From NCBI GenBank assembly GCA_003522085.1, contig DPGI01000009.1:151396-215395 (forward strand): a stretch of 64,000 nt of DNA. Direction: 5' to 3'. The notes below the pieces were generated by a model, which saw only the letters and a list, made by a program, of their open reading frames with translations, was not told where the DNA came from and did not search any database. Source of the stretch: Clostridiales bacterium (GTDB lineage Bacteria > Bacillota > Clostridia > Christensenellales > UBA1242). The translations under genes were made by a program, and so were the position numbers. Shown in pieces: positions 41,901-49,421 of the stretch (the first letter of the stretch is position 1; each line of letters begins with the position of its first letter).

Positions 41901-44876
41901 ATGAAAAATTTATTTTTTGTTTTAAGCGATATACATATGAGAGAAGATCAATATATTGATAAAAAATATATTAATGGAATTGGAAATGTTTTGAATTCAA
42001 TAGAATGCTTAGATAATGCCTGTGTAATTGTTGCTGGCGATTTAGCTTTTTCTGGAAAGAAAAATGAATATAGAAAAGTTGGAAACTTGTTTGGGCTTAT
42101 TACTAATCAGTTAAAGAAAAAGTTAGGGAAAGAAGATATTATACCATTCTATGTTGTCCCAGGGAATCATGATATTAATTTTGATGGCAATCCTCGCGAA
42201 AGAGTAGATGTAAGAGAATTGCACAATAATGGAACTATTGATAATGAAATTGATACTGAATTAACAAAATTTGGTTCTTTTTACGAGCTTGCAGAGAGAA
42301 ATAGATGTTTTTTGCACAACAAATTGTATAATTATAGATGTTTTGGAACTGGCGAAATTAATACACAAATCAATCTACTTAACTCAGAATTGTTTTCTAC
42401 TTTTATGGATAAAAATGGAGATGATGATAAAGGATTACACTATTTCCCTGAATCAAGTATTTCCAAAATAACAAAACAAAAATGGGCAAACTATACAATA
42501 ACCGTTATGCATCGAAGCCCAGAATGGTTTTCTTGGCAATCTTCACAAAATTTAAAAAATAACTTTTACAGGGCAAGTAATATTTTAATTTGTGGGCACG
42601 AACATTCTTCAGATATTCAAGACATAGAAAAAGAACAAAAAAATCTAATTATGGTAAAGACAGGGATGTTTGATTTTCGTGAAAATAGTTATTCATTCAA
42701 TTTAATCATAATTGACACAGAAAAAAATACATGCGATATAAAATATTATACTTGGAATTCTGAAAGACAAATGTATGTTATAACAACGGAACAAAATGAT
42801 ATAGAACTTAAAGAAATTGTCGTTGATGATTTGTTAAAACCAAACATTAACTTTACAAGAGAATTCCTGACTATAAATAATTATAAAGTAGATGAACTTT
42901 TCGTTTTTCCTGACATTGATAAGATCAATAATCAGCAAGATAAAAATGAAAAAACGATAAAAAATATGGATGAACTCTTTGATTTTGTGAAAGAAAACAA
43001 CATAATATATATTGAAGGTGATGCTATGGCCGGCAAATCTTCTTTAGCAAAATCATTTTATAGTAATAGCATAAAACGAAAGAAGATTCCATTATATATT
43101 GATTTAGATCAAATCAGTAGAAAGAAATATGAAAATATTATTCGAGACGCTTTTTGTGAGCAATATAGCTATAATAGTTTAGACTATGAGAAATTTAAAC
43201 AAACATTAAAAGAAGATAAGGTTGTTATTGTTGATAATCTAGATAAGATTCCTGATAAATTAATTGATGATTTTGTGTGTAATTTAAAATGTGATTTTAA
43301 AAAAGTAATACTTTTATATAAACCTAATGATAAATGTGATATCGTTGAATTAACAAAAAAAAGTTTGAATGATAATGATAAATGTGAAAGATTGAGAATT
43401 TTGCCTTTCTACCTAAGAAAAAGAAAGGAATTGATAAAAAATGTCTTGTGTACTTCAGTAAATAAAGTGGATAATATTGATAATAAAGTTACAGAAATAA
43501 ATAATTTTATTTCAAATCAATTACAAGTTTTCAGTATCAATCCTAATTTTATTACAATGTATGTGTCATATTATGTTGATGATATACACAATGCTGATGT
43601 ACAGACTAATCTGTTTAGTAAAGTATTTGAAACAAATTTAGTTAAATCGTTACAAAAATATATAAGCAATGAAAATATAGAAGAATATTTCACTATTTAT
43701 GAGAACTTAGCATATAAGATACATTTTGAGAAAAAGTATCCAATTTCAATAAATGATATACAGAATGTTATAAAGTCATATAATGATAAATATATGCTAG
43801 AAATTGATTGTGCTGAATTCAGAAAAAATAGTATAAAAGCAAACATTCTAGATGAAATGGATAATGACACTTTTAAATTCTTTGATAATTCATATCTTGC
43901 TTATTTTGTTGCGAGTGCACTAAATAAAAAGGCAAATAATGGACAAAAAATTGATGATGAATTAAGTTGGATATGCACAAATTTGTGCTTTAATATTAAT
44001 GGAGATATATTATTGTTTTTGTCTTACATAACAAAAAATGTCTCCATTTTGGATTATATAATTAAGAGTACAAAAGAGATAATGCAACAATGGACTGAAT
44101 TTGATATTGACAATAACAATATTTCATTTTTAAAATTAAATGCTGAGGAAAAAGTTGAATTGCCAACTAGTGAAGACAAAGAAATCCATGAACAAAACAT
44201 AGAAAAACAGGAAAAAGCAATAAAGAAGAATTTAGAAATAAAAACTAGATCAATATATGATGACTATGATGAAACGAAGTTAGACTCCAAAGCATATAAA
44301 GTAAATCAAGCAATGAGACACTTGGAATTAGTAAGTAAAATTTTACCTAATTTTAATCATCTAATTGAAAAGGATAAGAAACTTGATTTGGCTCGAGGGA
44401 TATATGAATATCCTAATAAGATTTGTAATGAAATTTTACATGAAGTGGATTCGAATTTCAACTATATTTTAAAAGACTTATTGCAATATTGTGAAGAAAA
44501 TAATATTGAAAAAGGTCAAGATAAAATAATAAATCAATTGCAAATACAAGCTGAAATGTTTATATTGAATTTATTTGATATGACTGCGAGATTGTCTACT
44601 ACGACTAAAACCATTAAAGTATTAGACTCTATTGAACTAAGAAGTATTAATAATTCAATTTTAAATGTTATGATGTATGAAAATCTAGGGAACTTCAAAG
44701 AATTTGCAAAACGTGCTGACGATATTTATGACAAATCTAAAAACCCATTAGTAAAAACTATGATAAAAAGAATTGTAAGAAAGCATTTCTTATGTAACAA
44801 AGATTTAAAACAAGTAGGAGATGTTCAAAGAGTTGCGGATAAATATTTTGGACAATCTAGAAAATATTTAAAATAA
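41901..44876 (+). CDS. metallophosphoesterase / NACHT-STAND-like P-loop NTPase / helical C-terminal domain fusion protein (991 aa)
   Basis: MPE motifs SDIH (aa 9-12), GD (46-47), GNHD (88-91), H204, GHEH (232-235); Walker A GDAMAGKS (373-380); Walker B VVIVDNLD (441-448); GAGG SD and TATAAT upstream. Confidence 0.85.
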   Translation: MKNLFFVLSDIHMREDQYIDKKYINGIGNVLNSIECLDNACVIVAGDLAFSGKKNEYRKVGNLFGLITNQLKKKLGKEDIIPFYVVPGNHDINFDGNPRERVDVRELHNNGTIDNEIDTELTKFGSFYELAERNRCFLHNKLYNYRCFGTGEINTQINLLNSELFSTFMDKNGDDDKGLHYFPESSISKITKQKWANYTITVMHRSPEWFSWQSSQNLKNNFYRASNILICGHEHSSDIQDIEKEQKNLIMVKTGMFDFRENSYSFNLIIIDTEKNTCDIKYYTWNSERQMYVITTEQNDIELKEIVVDDLLKPNINFTREFLTINNYKVDELFVFPDIDKINNQQDKNEKTIKNMDELFDFVKENNIIYIEGDAMAGKSSLAKSFYSNSIKRKKIPLYIDLDQISRKKYENIIRDAFCEQYSYNSLDYEKFKQTLKEDKVVIVDNLDKIPDKLIDDFVCNLKCDFKKVILLYKPNDKCDIVELTKKSLNDNDKCERLRILPFYLRKRKELIKNVLCTSVNKVDNIDNKVTEINNFISNQLQVFSINPNFITMYVSYYVDDIHNADVQTNLFSKVFETNLVKSLQKYISNENIEEYFTIYENLAYKIHFEKKYPISINDIQNVIKSYNDKYMLEIDCAEFRKNSIKANILDEMDNDTFKFFDNSYLAYFVASALNKKANNGQKIDDELSWICTNLCFNINGDILLFLSYITKNVSILDYIIKSTKEIMQQWTEFDIDNNNISFLKLNAEEKVELPTSEDKEIHEQNIEKQEKAIKKNLEIKTRSIYDDYDETKLDSKAYKVNQAMRHLELVSKILPNFNHLIEKDKKLDLARGIYEYPNKICNEILHEVDSNFNYILKDLLQYCEENNIEKGQDKIINQLQIQAEMFILNLFDMTARLSTTTKTIKVLDSIELRSINNSILNVMMYENLGNFKEFAKRADDIYDKSKNPLVKTMIKRIVRKHFLCNKDLKQVGDVQRVADKYFGQSRKYLK

Positions 44877-44979
44877 AAAGCAGGCCTGTCGTTTTATCAT
44901 ATAAGATAACGACATAACTCATATGATAGTATGTTAACCTGCCTAATATAGCATATTCATTTACATGAAAATTATGTTA

Positions 44980-45009
44980 AAAGCGAACAATTTTTTGTTC
45001 GCTTTTTTG
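44980..45009 (+). terminator. terminator after the 991-aa gene
   Basis: agcgaacaa/ttgttcgct hairpin followed by T6. Confidence 0.75.
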
Positions 45010-45019
45010 TTTAAAAAAT

Positions 45020-45720
45020 AAAAACCACCAGCTGTGCTGGTGAGAAATGAAAAGCTTAAGCTATGCGTAGACAAAAAATTCCTCCTAAATAAAAATAGTG
45101 TTTGCTGACACGAAAATTAATAATGGGGGGGGATTTTTTGTTTATGAACGAAAATAGTATAGCACATACAAAATGGAATAGCAAATACCATATAGTATTC
45201 ACACCAAAGTATAGAAGAAAAGCAATATACGGAGAATTAAAAAAAGAGATAGGAGCAATATTAAGAGAATTAAGTAATTGGAAAGAAGTAGAAATAATAG
45301 AAGCACACGGATGTGTAGAGCACATACATATGTATGTATCAATACCACCAAAAATGTCAGTTGCCGGTTATGTGGGGTTTCTAAAAGGGAAAAGTACATT
45401 AATAATATATGAAAGGCATTCAAACCTAAAATATAAATACAGCAACAAGCATTTTTGGTGTAGGGGTTACTATGTGGATACAGTAGGAAGAAATGAAAAG
45501 GCAATAGAGGAATATGTAAGGAATCAAGAGAAAGAAGATATTATGAGTGACCAAATAAGTATGAAAGAATACTTAGACCCATTTAAAAAAATTTCTCGTT
45601 ACACACAATGGGTGTGTTATGGGGATTATATAATTGTCTTGTAAAAATCTTTCTCGTTTGACAAAATGGTGATAAAGTGAGATGGATTTTCAATCTTTGG
45701 TTTTTCAAAAGGAATAATTG
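45020..45720 (+). mobile_element. IS200/IS605-family insertion sequence (boundaries approximate)
   Basis: contains tnpA; subterminal hairpin caccagc-tgt-gctggtg at 45026-45042. The right end was not defined. Confidence 0.6.
45144..45644 (+). CDS. tnpA: IS200/IS605-family Y1 transposase TnpA
   Basis: HTKWNSKYHIVFTPKYRRK, HUH motif EHIHMYVSIPPK, catalytic Tyr region GYYVDTVG. Confidence 0.92.
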   Translation: MNENSIAHTKWNSKYHIVFTPKYRRKAIYGELKKEIGAILRELSNWKEVEIIEAHGCVEHIHMYVSIPPKMSVAGYVGFLKGKSTLIIYERHSNLKYKYSNKHFWCRGYYVDTVGRNEKAIEEYVRNQEKEDIMSDQISMKEYLDPFKKISRYTQWVCYGDYIIVL

Positions 45721-45742
45721 CACCAAAACATTCATGTAAAAT

Positions 45743-45785
45743 AAAAAACTGCACGCATTTCTCATTTTCACGAGGGTGCGTACAG
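45743..45785 (-). terminator. terminator downstream of tRNA-Ser
   Basis: minus strand ctgtacgc...gcgtgcag hairpin followed by T6. Confidence 0.6.
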
Positions 45786-45793
45786 TTCTCTAC

Positions 45794-45886
45794 TGGCGGA
45801 GACGGTGGGATTCGAACCCACGTGCCCGGGTTAGCGGACAACTTGATTTCGAGTCAAGCTCGGTGCGACCACTTCGATACGTCTCC
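45794..45886 (-). tRNA. tRNA-Ser (anticodon CGA), CCA encoded
   Basis: manual cloverleaf: acceptor GGAGACG/CGTCTCC, 3-bp D stem, anticodon stem CTTGA/TCAAG with loop CTCGAAA, long variable arm, T arm GTGGG-TTCGAAT-CCCAC, GCCA end. Confidence 0.9.
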
Positions 45887-45904
45887 TTGTTTGCTTCATC
45901 CGCT

Positions 45905-45933
45905 ATTTTATCACGCATCATTTTTTTTTGCAA
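45905..45933 (-). promoter_or_regulatory. promoter of tRNA-Ser
   Basis: minus strand TTGCAA, 17 nt, TGaTAAAAT, about 18 nt before the mature 5' end. Confidence 0.55.
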
Positions 45934-46183
45934 CTCTTCTGATTAATTATTTTTTTCACATTAACCTAACAGTAAATAGCTAAAGCAAAGCTTGCATTAC
46001 TCCCGATATTAAATGCGGAGTGAAAACAAAATGCAACATATATTGTGATGTTGTTTTGTTCGTTTCACTCACAAATCTATTTGCCTGCTGCAAATAGGTT
46101 GCAAGCAACACCATCACAATATGTATTATCATCAGTTGCTGGCAAGTATCCCTACGGGCTGTTTGCCGACAACTTCCGATAAT

Positions 46184-46339
46184 ATAAGCGAAGCGAAAAC
46201 AAGAAGAAAAAGCAAAGCTTGCGTTACAACGTAACATAAGCGAAGCGAAAACAAGAAGTAGTAACAAAGCTTGTATGGCTACGCAACATAAAGCGAAGAG
46301 AGAAACGCTGAAAAACATAAAGAAGGGAGGAAGAAACAG
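46184..46339 (+). repeat. 52-nt-period tandem repeat (3 units starting at 46184, 46236 and 46288)
   Basis: perfect 23-nt core ATAAGCGAAGCGAAAACAAGAAG at 46184 and 46236; a degenerate third unit, ATAAAGCGAAGAGAGAAACG, starts exactly where the 83-nt inverted repeat begins. Confidence 0.75.
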
Positions 46340-46370
46340 GGCGAGGGCCCGAAAAACGGAGGTTTCTTAT
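46288..46370 (+). repeat. 83-nt leader, left arm of a perfect inverted repeat
   Basis: identical to the reverse complement of 47290-47372 (checked base by base); contains a GGAGG SD. Confidence 0.9.
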
Positions 46371-46371
46371 A

Positions 46372-46728
46372 ATGAAAATGCTTAATTTTATATCTATGTT
46401 GGGTAATGCATGGGAAAAAGCCCTAAAAAATAAGGAAGGCAAGACATATGCGGGTTATGAATGGCTGGTTGACCTTTTTAAATATCTTAGCCCAATTTTA
46501 TACGCAATCTTAGCAGTAGTTGGTGCGGCTGGTGTGATTTACTCAATTGTTCTGGGTGTTAACCTTGCAAAAGCGGAAGACCAGTCAAAACGTGACGAAG
46601 CAAAGAAAAGATTAATTACAACAATTATTGCCGTAGCTGTTACAGTAGTGCTGATCATTTTCTTTAACGAACTGCTTCCTCTTATTGTAGGTGCAGTTGC
46701 TAAACCTGGCGATATACCTGGAGCTTAA
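46372..46728 (+). CDS. small two-TM membrane protein, paralog A (pilin/VirB2-like topology, tentative)
   Basis: 118 aa. The core ILYAILAVVGAAGVIYSIVLGVNLAKAEDQSKRDEAKKRLITTIIAVAVTVVLIIFFNEL is shared with paralog B; the N- and C-terminal parts diverge. Confidence 0.75.
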   Translation: MKMLNFISMLGNAWEKALKNKEGKTYAGYEWLVDLFKYLSPILYAILAVVGAAGVIYSIVLGVNLAKAEDQSKRDEAKKRLITTIIAVAVTVVLIIFFNELLPLIVGAVAKPGDIPGA

Positions 46729-46742
46729 TTAAAATATAAACA

Positions 46743-46796
46743 AAATAAATCTCTAAAAAATTAATTAATAAATTAAAATTTTTTAGAGATTTATTT
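46743..46796. terminator. 20-bp perfect hairpin between the convergent paralogs
   Basis: aaataaatctctaaaaaatt / aattttttagagatttattt with a 14-nt loop. Confidence 0.7.
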
Positions 46797-46876
46797 TATT
46801 AAATGTCGAAATTTGAGAAACGTCTTTCCTAAGAATTGATAGGAAAAATGAATTGCATTTAATAAGTCACGCGCGC

Positions 46877-46909
46877 AAAAAAACGACCCGTTCGGGTCGT
46901 CTATTTTTT
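46877..46909. terminator. bidirectional terminator
   Basis: acgacccg-tt-cgggtcgt hairpin flanked by A7 and T6. Confidence 0.75.
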
Positions 46910-46922
46910 ATATGTTAAATTA

Positions 46923-47291
46923 TTACATATGGATGAAGCCGGTATTTTTATGATTTGGTAAATTACCACTATTGTTACCGCCGACAGCTTTGATGATCAT
47001 AGGGAATAATTCATTGAAGAAAATAATCAAAACAACAGTAACAGCAACTGCAATAATTGTTGTAATCAATCTTTTCTTTGCTTCGTCACGTTTTGATTGG
47101 TCTTCCGCTTTTGCAAGGTTAACACCCAGAACAATTGAGTAAATCACACCAGCGGCTCCAACTACAGCCATGATAGCGTAAAGGATAGGTCCAAGATATT
47201 CATATACTTGTGCAACCCAGTGTAAATCAGATTCGGCTGGGAAATTTGTGTTCCAATCATAACCTAACATCGAAGAAATAAAATTTAACAT
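46923..47291 (-). CDS. small two-TM membrane protein, paralog B
   Basis: 122 aa. It has the same core as paralog A. The central ~115 nt are nearly identical at the DNA level, whereas the flanks differ. Confidence 0.75.
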   Translation of the reverse strand: MLNFISSMLGYDWNTNFPAESDLHWVAQVYEYLGPILYAIMAVVGAAGVIYSIVLGVNLAKAEDQSKRDEAKKRLITTIIAVAVTVVLIIFFNELFPMIIKAVGGNNSGNLPNHKNTGFIHM

Positions 47292-47372
47292 AAGAAACCT
47301 CCGTTTTTCGGGCCCTCGCCCTGTTTCTTCCTCCCTTCTTTATGTTTTTCAGCGTTTCTCTCTTCGCTTTAT
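47290..47372 (-). repeat. 83-nt leader, right arm of the perfect inverted repeat
   Basis: reverse complement of 46288-46370. Confidence 0.9.
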
Positions 47373-47571
47373 ATTAAAAAAGGTTGAAAGTTTTTTTGTT
47401 TTAATTAAATTAAAACTTTTAAATAATATTTGTAAAAAATAACTTTCTATGCGAACTATTTATTTACAAGATAATAGTAGCATAAAAAAATTTTTATGTA
47501 AAATGATTTTACATATTTTTTTAAAAATTTTTAAAAAATTTTATTTTTCTTTTTTTACCTATTTTTTCCGC

Positions 47572-47600
47572 ACAAAAAAAGCGACATTTTATGCCGCTTA
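47572..47600 (-). terminator. terminator after the rubrerythrin gene
   Basis: minus strand aagcggcat-aaa-atgtcgctt followed by T7. Confidence 0.65.
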
Positions 47601-47605
47601 ATTTT

Positions 47606-48193
47606 TTATTGATTTTCAAAGTTGATTATTACATAGCCTTGCGGATAGTTGCACAGGGGGCAAGTTTTCCAGGCTTCTTTTTTGGTTTCACGGTGGCCGC
47701 AGTTTGAACATTCATACAGGCGAGGCGTTTGCGATTTGTATAATTTGTGATGATTAAACATTTCGCCGAGATCGGCAAGTTTTTGCGCGTGAACTTTTTC
47801 TACTTCTGCAACCAGTGTAAATGTTTTGGCAATTTCGGGGAAGCCTTCGTCTTTTGCGACTTTTGCAAATGCGGGGTAGATGTTTTGGGCTTCATAGTCT
47901 TCGATTACTGCTGCCGCGGCGAGAGATGTTTTAAGTTCGGACTGCTTGAACGGATAGCCGGCTTCGATGTTTACATTTCCGTTTTTAGTTTGCAAATTGT
48001 CGACAAGATGTTGATAGAACATTTTGGCGTGCGCCATTTCGTTTTTAGCAAGCATTTTTAAAATTGTAGAAATGTAATTCATTTGGTTTTGCTTTGCATC
48101 TTTTGCGATAAACTGATAGCGGGCTCCGTCTTGACACTCTGCGGCGAAGGCGCGGGCTAAATTTTCTTTTGTTTTACTTTCTGAAAAATCCAT
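47606..48193 (-). CDS. rbr: rubrerythrin
   Basis: ferritin-like diiron domain (ENLARAFAAECQDGARY, EMAHAKMF) plus a C-terminal rubredoxin-like CSNCGH...CPLC; GGAGGA SD before the ATG at 48193. Confidence 0.9.
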   Translation of the reverse strand: MDFSESKTKENLARAFAAECQDGARYQFIAKDAKQNQMNYISTILKMLAKNEMAHAKMFYQHLVDNLQTKNGNVNIEAGYPFKQSELKTSLAAAAVIEDYEAQNIYPAFAKVAKDEGFPEIAKTFTLVAEVEKVHAQKLADLGEMFNHHKLYKSQTPRLYECSNCGHRETKKEAWKTCPLCNYPQGYVIINFENQ

Positions 48194-48294
48194 GGTTTTT
48201 TCCTCCAGAAAATATATTGACATAAATTAACTATTTAAACATTTGCATTTTTGTTTTAAAAAATGTAAAATATTCTTATATATAAGGAGTTGTT

Positions 48295-49068
48295 ATGGCA
48301 AACGAATATACGCCTATTAAAATTCACTATGATATGATTCGCGACAACGAAGCTCAGGTTGTGGACAAACTCGACCGTGAACTCAAGTTTTATCGCATTC
48401 TTTTTCAGAAAAAAATAAAGGGTTTGGAAATTATTTACGATACTCCAAACTGCTTGCTTTCTGGAGCGGGGATTGTTCTTAGCAAACAATACGACGACGG
48501 AAAGGCATTTTTTAAGGTTAGACGTATCTCATATCTTCCTACCGAATTCAGAAAGCCAAGTCAAAAATTTTACCTTTCACAAACAAACAATCGCGAAACC
48601 CCAAAGGATTTTCCTTTGCAAATCGCTACTGCAATCAACAATGCGTTTTCAAATGTTTTCACTATTGACCTTGTTGAAGTTGTTAAGCAGACTATGCCAA
48701 GATATGAAATAAAACTAAAAGGCAATTTGTATTCATTGACAAGCGGACTTGGAATGAAAGGGCAGATTGTTTTTGAAAAAGTTGTTTACAAAGACTGCGC
48801 CAATGGAAGAAAGGTTAAGCATCAAAGCGTAACCGTTACTTTGCCTGGTGACCCTGCTTATAAGCGTGAAGTTGAAGAAGTGCAAAACGCGATTGAGAAA
48901 AGCTGCAAAGAGCTTTTGAGATATAATGAAAGCCGATTTGAAATTGCACAACGCATTTTGAGAGTTAGAACTCCTATGACCAAGGAAGAGCGTAAGGCTG
49001 CCGAAGAAAAGGAGAGAAAACGCAAAGAGATGCTTGAAGAAGAAGCACAAAACGAAGAGAATAAATAA
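48295..49068 (+). CDS. hypothetical protein with a K/E-rich C-terminal tail
   Basis: 257 aa, AAGGAG SD; no motif recognised. Confidence 0.6.
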   Translation: MANEYTPIKIHYDMIRDNEAQVVDKLDRELKFYRILFQKKIKGLEIIYDTPNCLLSGAGIVLSKQYDDGKAFFKVRRISYLPTEFRKPSQKFYLSQTNNRETPKDFPLQIATAINNAFSNVFTIDLVEVVKQTMPRYEIKLKGNLYSLTSGLGMKGQIVFEKVVYKDCANGRKVKHQSVTVTLPGDPAYKREVEEVQNAIEKSCKELLRYNESRFEIAQRILRVRTPMTKEERKAAEEKERKRKEMLEEEAQNEENK

Positions 49069-49082
49069 ACTGCGCCCTTGCC

Positions 49083-49117
49083 AAACCTCGACGTGAAAAA
49101 ACGTCGAGGTTTTTTTT
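49083..49117 (+). terminator. terminator inside the GC-rich palindromic element
   Basis: aacctcgacgt/acgtcgaggtt hairpin followed by T8. Confidence 0.75.
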
Positions 49118-49160
49118 CGCCGGCACAGGCAGGGCGCGCGTGGGCGCGCGAGCGCGGGCG

Positions 49161-49187
49161 AAAAGCCCCGCTTCCGCGAAGCGGGGC
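49161..49187 (-). terminator. terminator of the minus-strand small ORF
   Basis: gccccgcttc/gaagcggggc 10-bp stem with a T4 run on the minus strand. Confidence 0.55.
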
Positions 49188-49244
49188 GCAAGGGCGCAGG
49201 TTTTTAGCGCAATGAAAATTTAAATTGATTATTAAAAGGACGGG

Positions 49245-49421
49245 TTAAAAAAGTCTGCCGGAACAGCCGGAGCAAGTGTTTGCACAACTTGAAAAACCGC
49301 TATTGTTTGAGAGAGCAAGCAGCAAAAGAAGCAGGAAATTGGTGTTTGTGTTCAAGTTTGTGTCGGTTGCATTTGAAAAAATTGAAAGCAACAGCACCAG
49401 CAAAATATCTTGAGAATTCAT
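49245..49421 (-). CDS. small hydrophobic Cys-tailed peptide (58 aa)
   Basis: MNSQDILLVLLLSIFSNATDTNLNTNTNFLLLLLLALSNNSGFSSCANTCSGCSGRLF; AAGGAGG SD 4 nt upstream; divergent from the ArsR-family gene; below the track size cutoff. Confidence 0.4.
   Translation of the reverse strand: MNSQDILLVLLLSIFSNATDTNLNTNTNFLLLLLLALSNNSGFSSCANTCSGCSGRLF

Larger units (their letters stand above)
49070..49199. repeat. GC-rich nested-palindrome intergenic element
   Basis: 11-bp closing inverted repeat ctgcgcccttg/caagggcgcag encloses a terminator hairpin, a GC-rich tract and the hairpin gccccgcttc-cgc-gaagcggggc. The architecture is analogous to 7899-8013. Confidence 0.6.

Noticed and set aside
45626-45841. 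71-aa minus-strand ORF overlapping the tRNA-Ser gene
   Set aside because: It reads through the tRNA and its terminator, so it is spurious.
46184-46339. CRISPR array
   Set aside because: There are only three units with a 52-nt period. The supposed spacers (AGCAAAGCTTGC...) are themselves repeated, no cas genes are present, and the repeat merges into a gene leader. No CRISPR-like array was seen anywhere else in the window.
48733-49191. 152-aa minus-strand ORF running through the GC-rich element into the 257-aa gene
   Set aside because: Its N-terminus is translated from the GC-rich palindromic element (Arg/Pro/Ala-rich) and the rest is antisense to a better-supported ORF. It has no SD.
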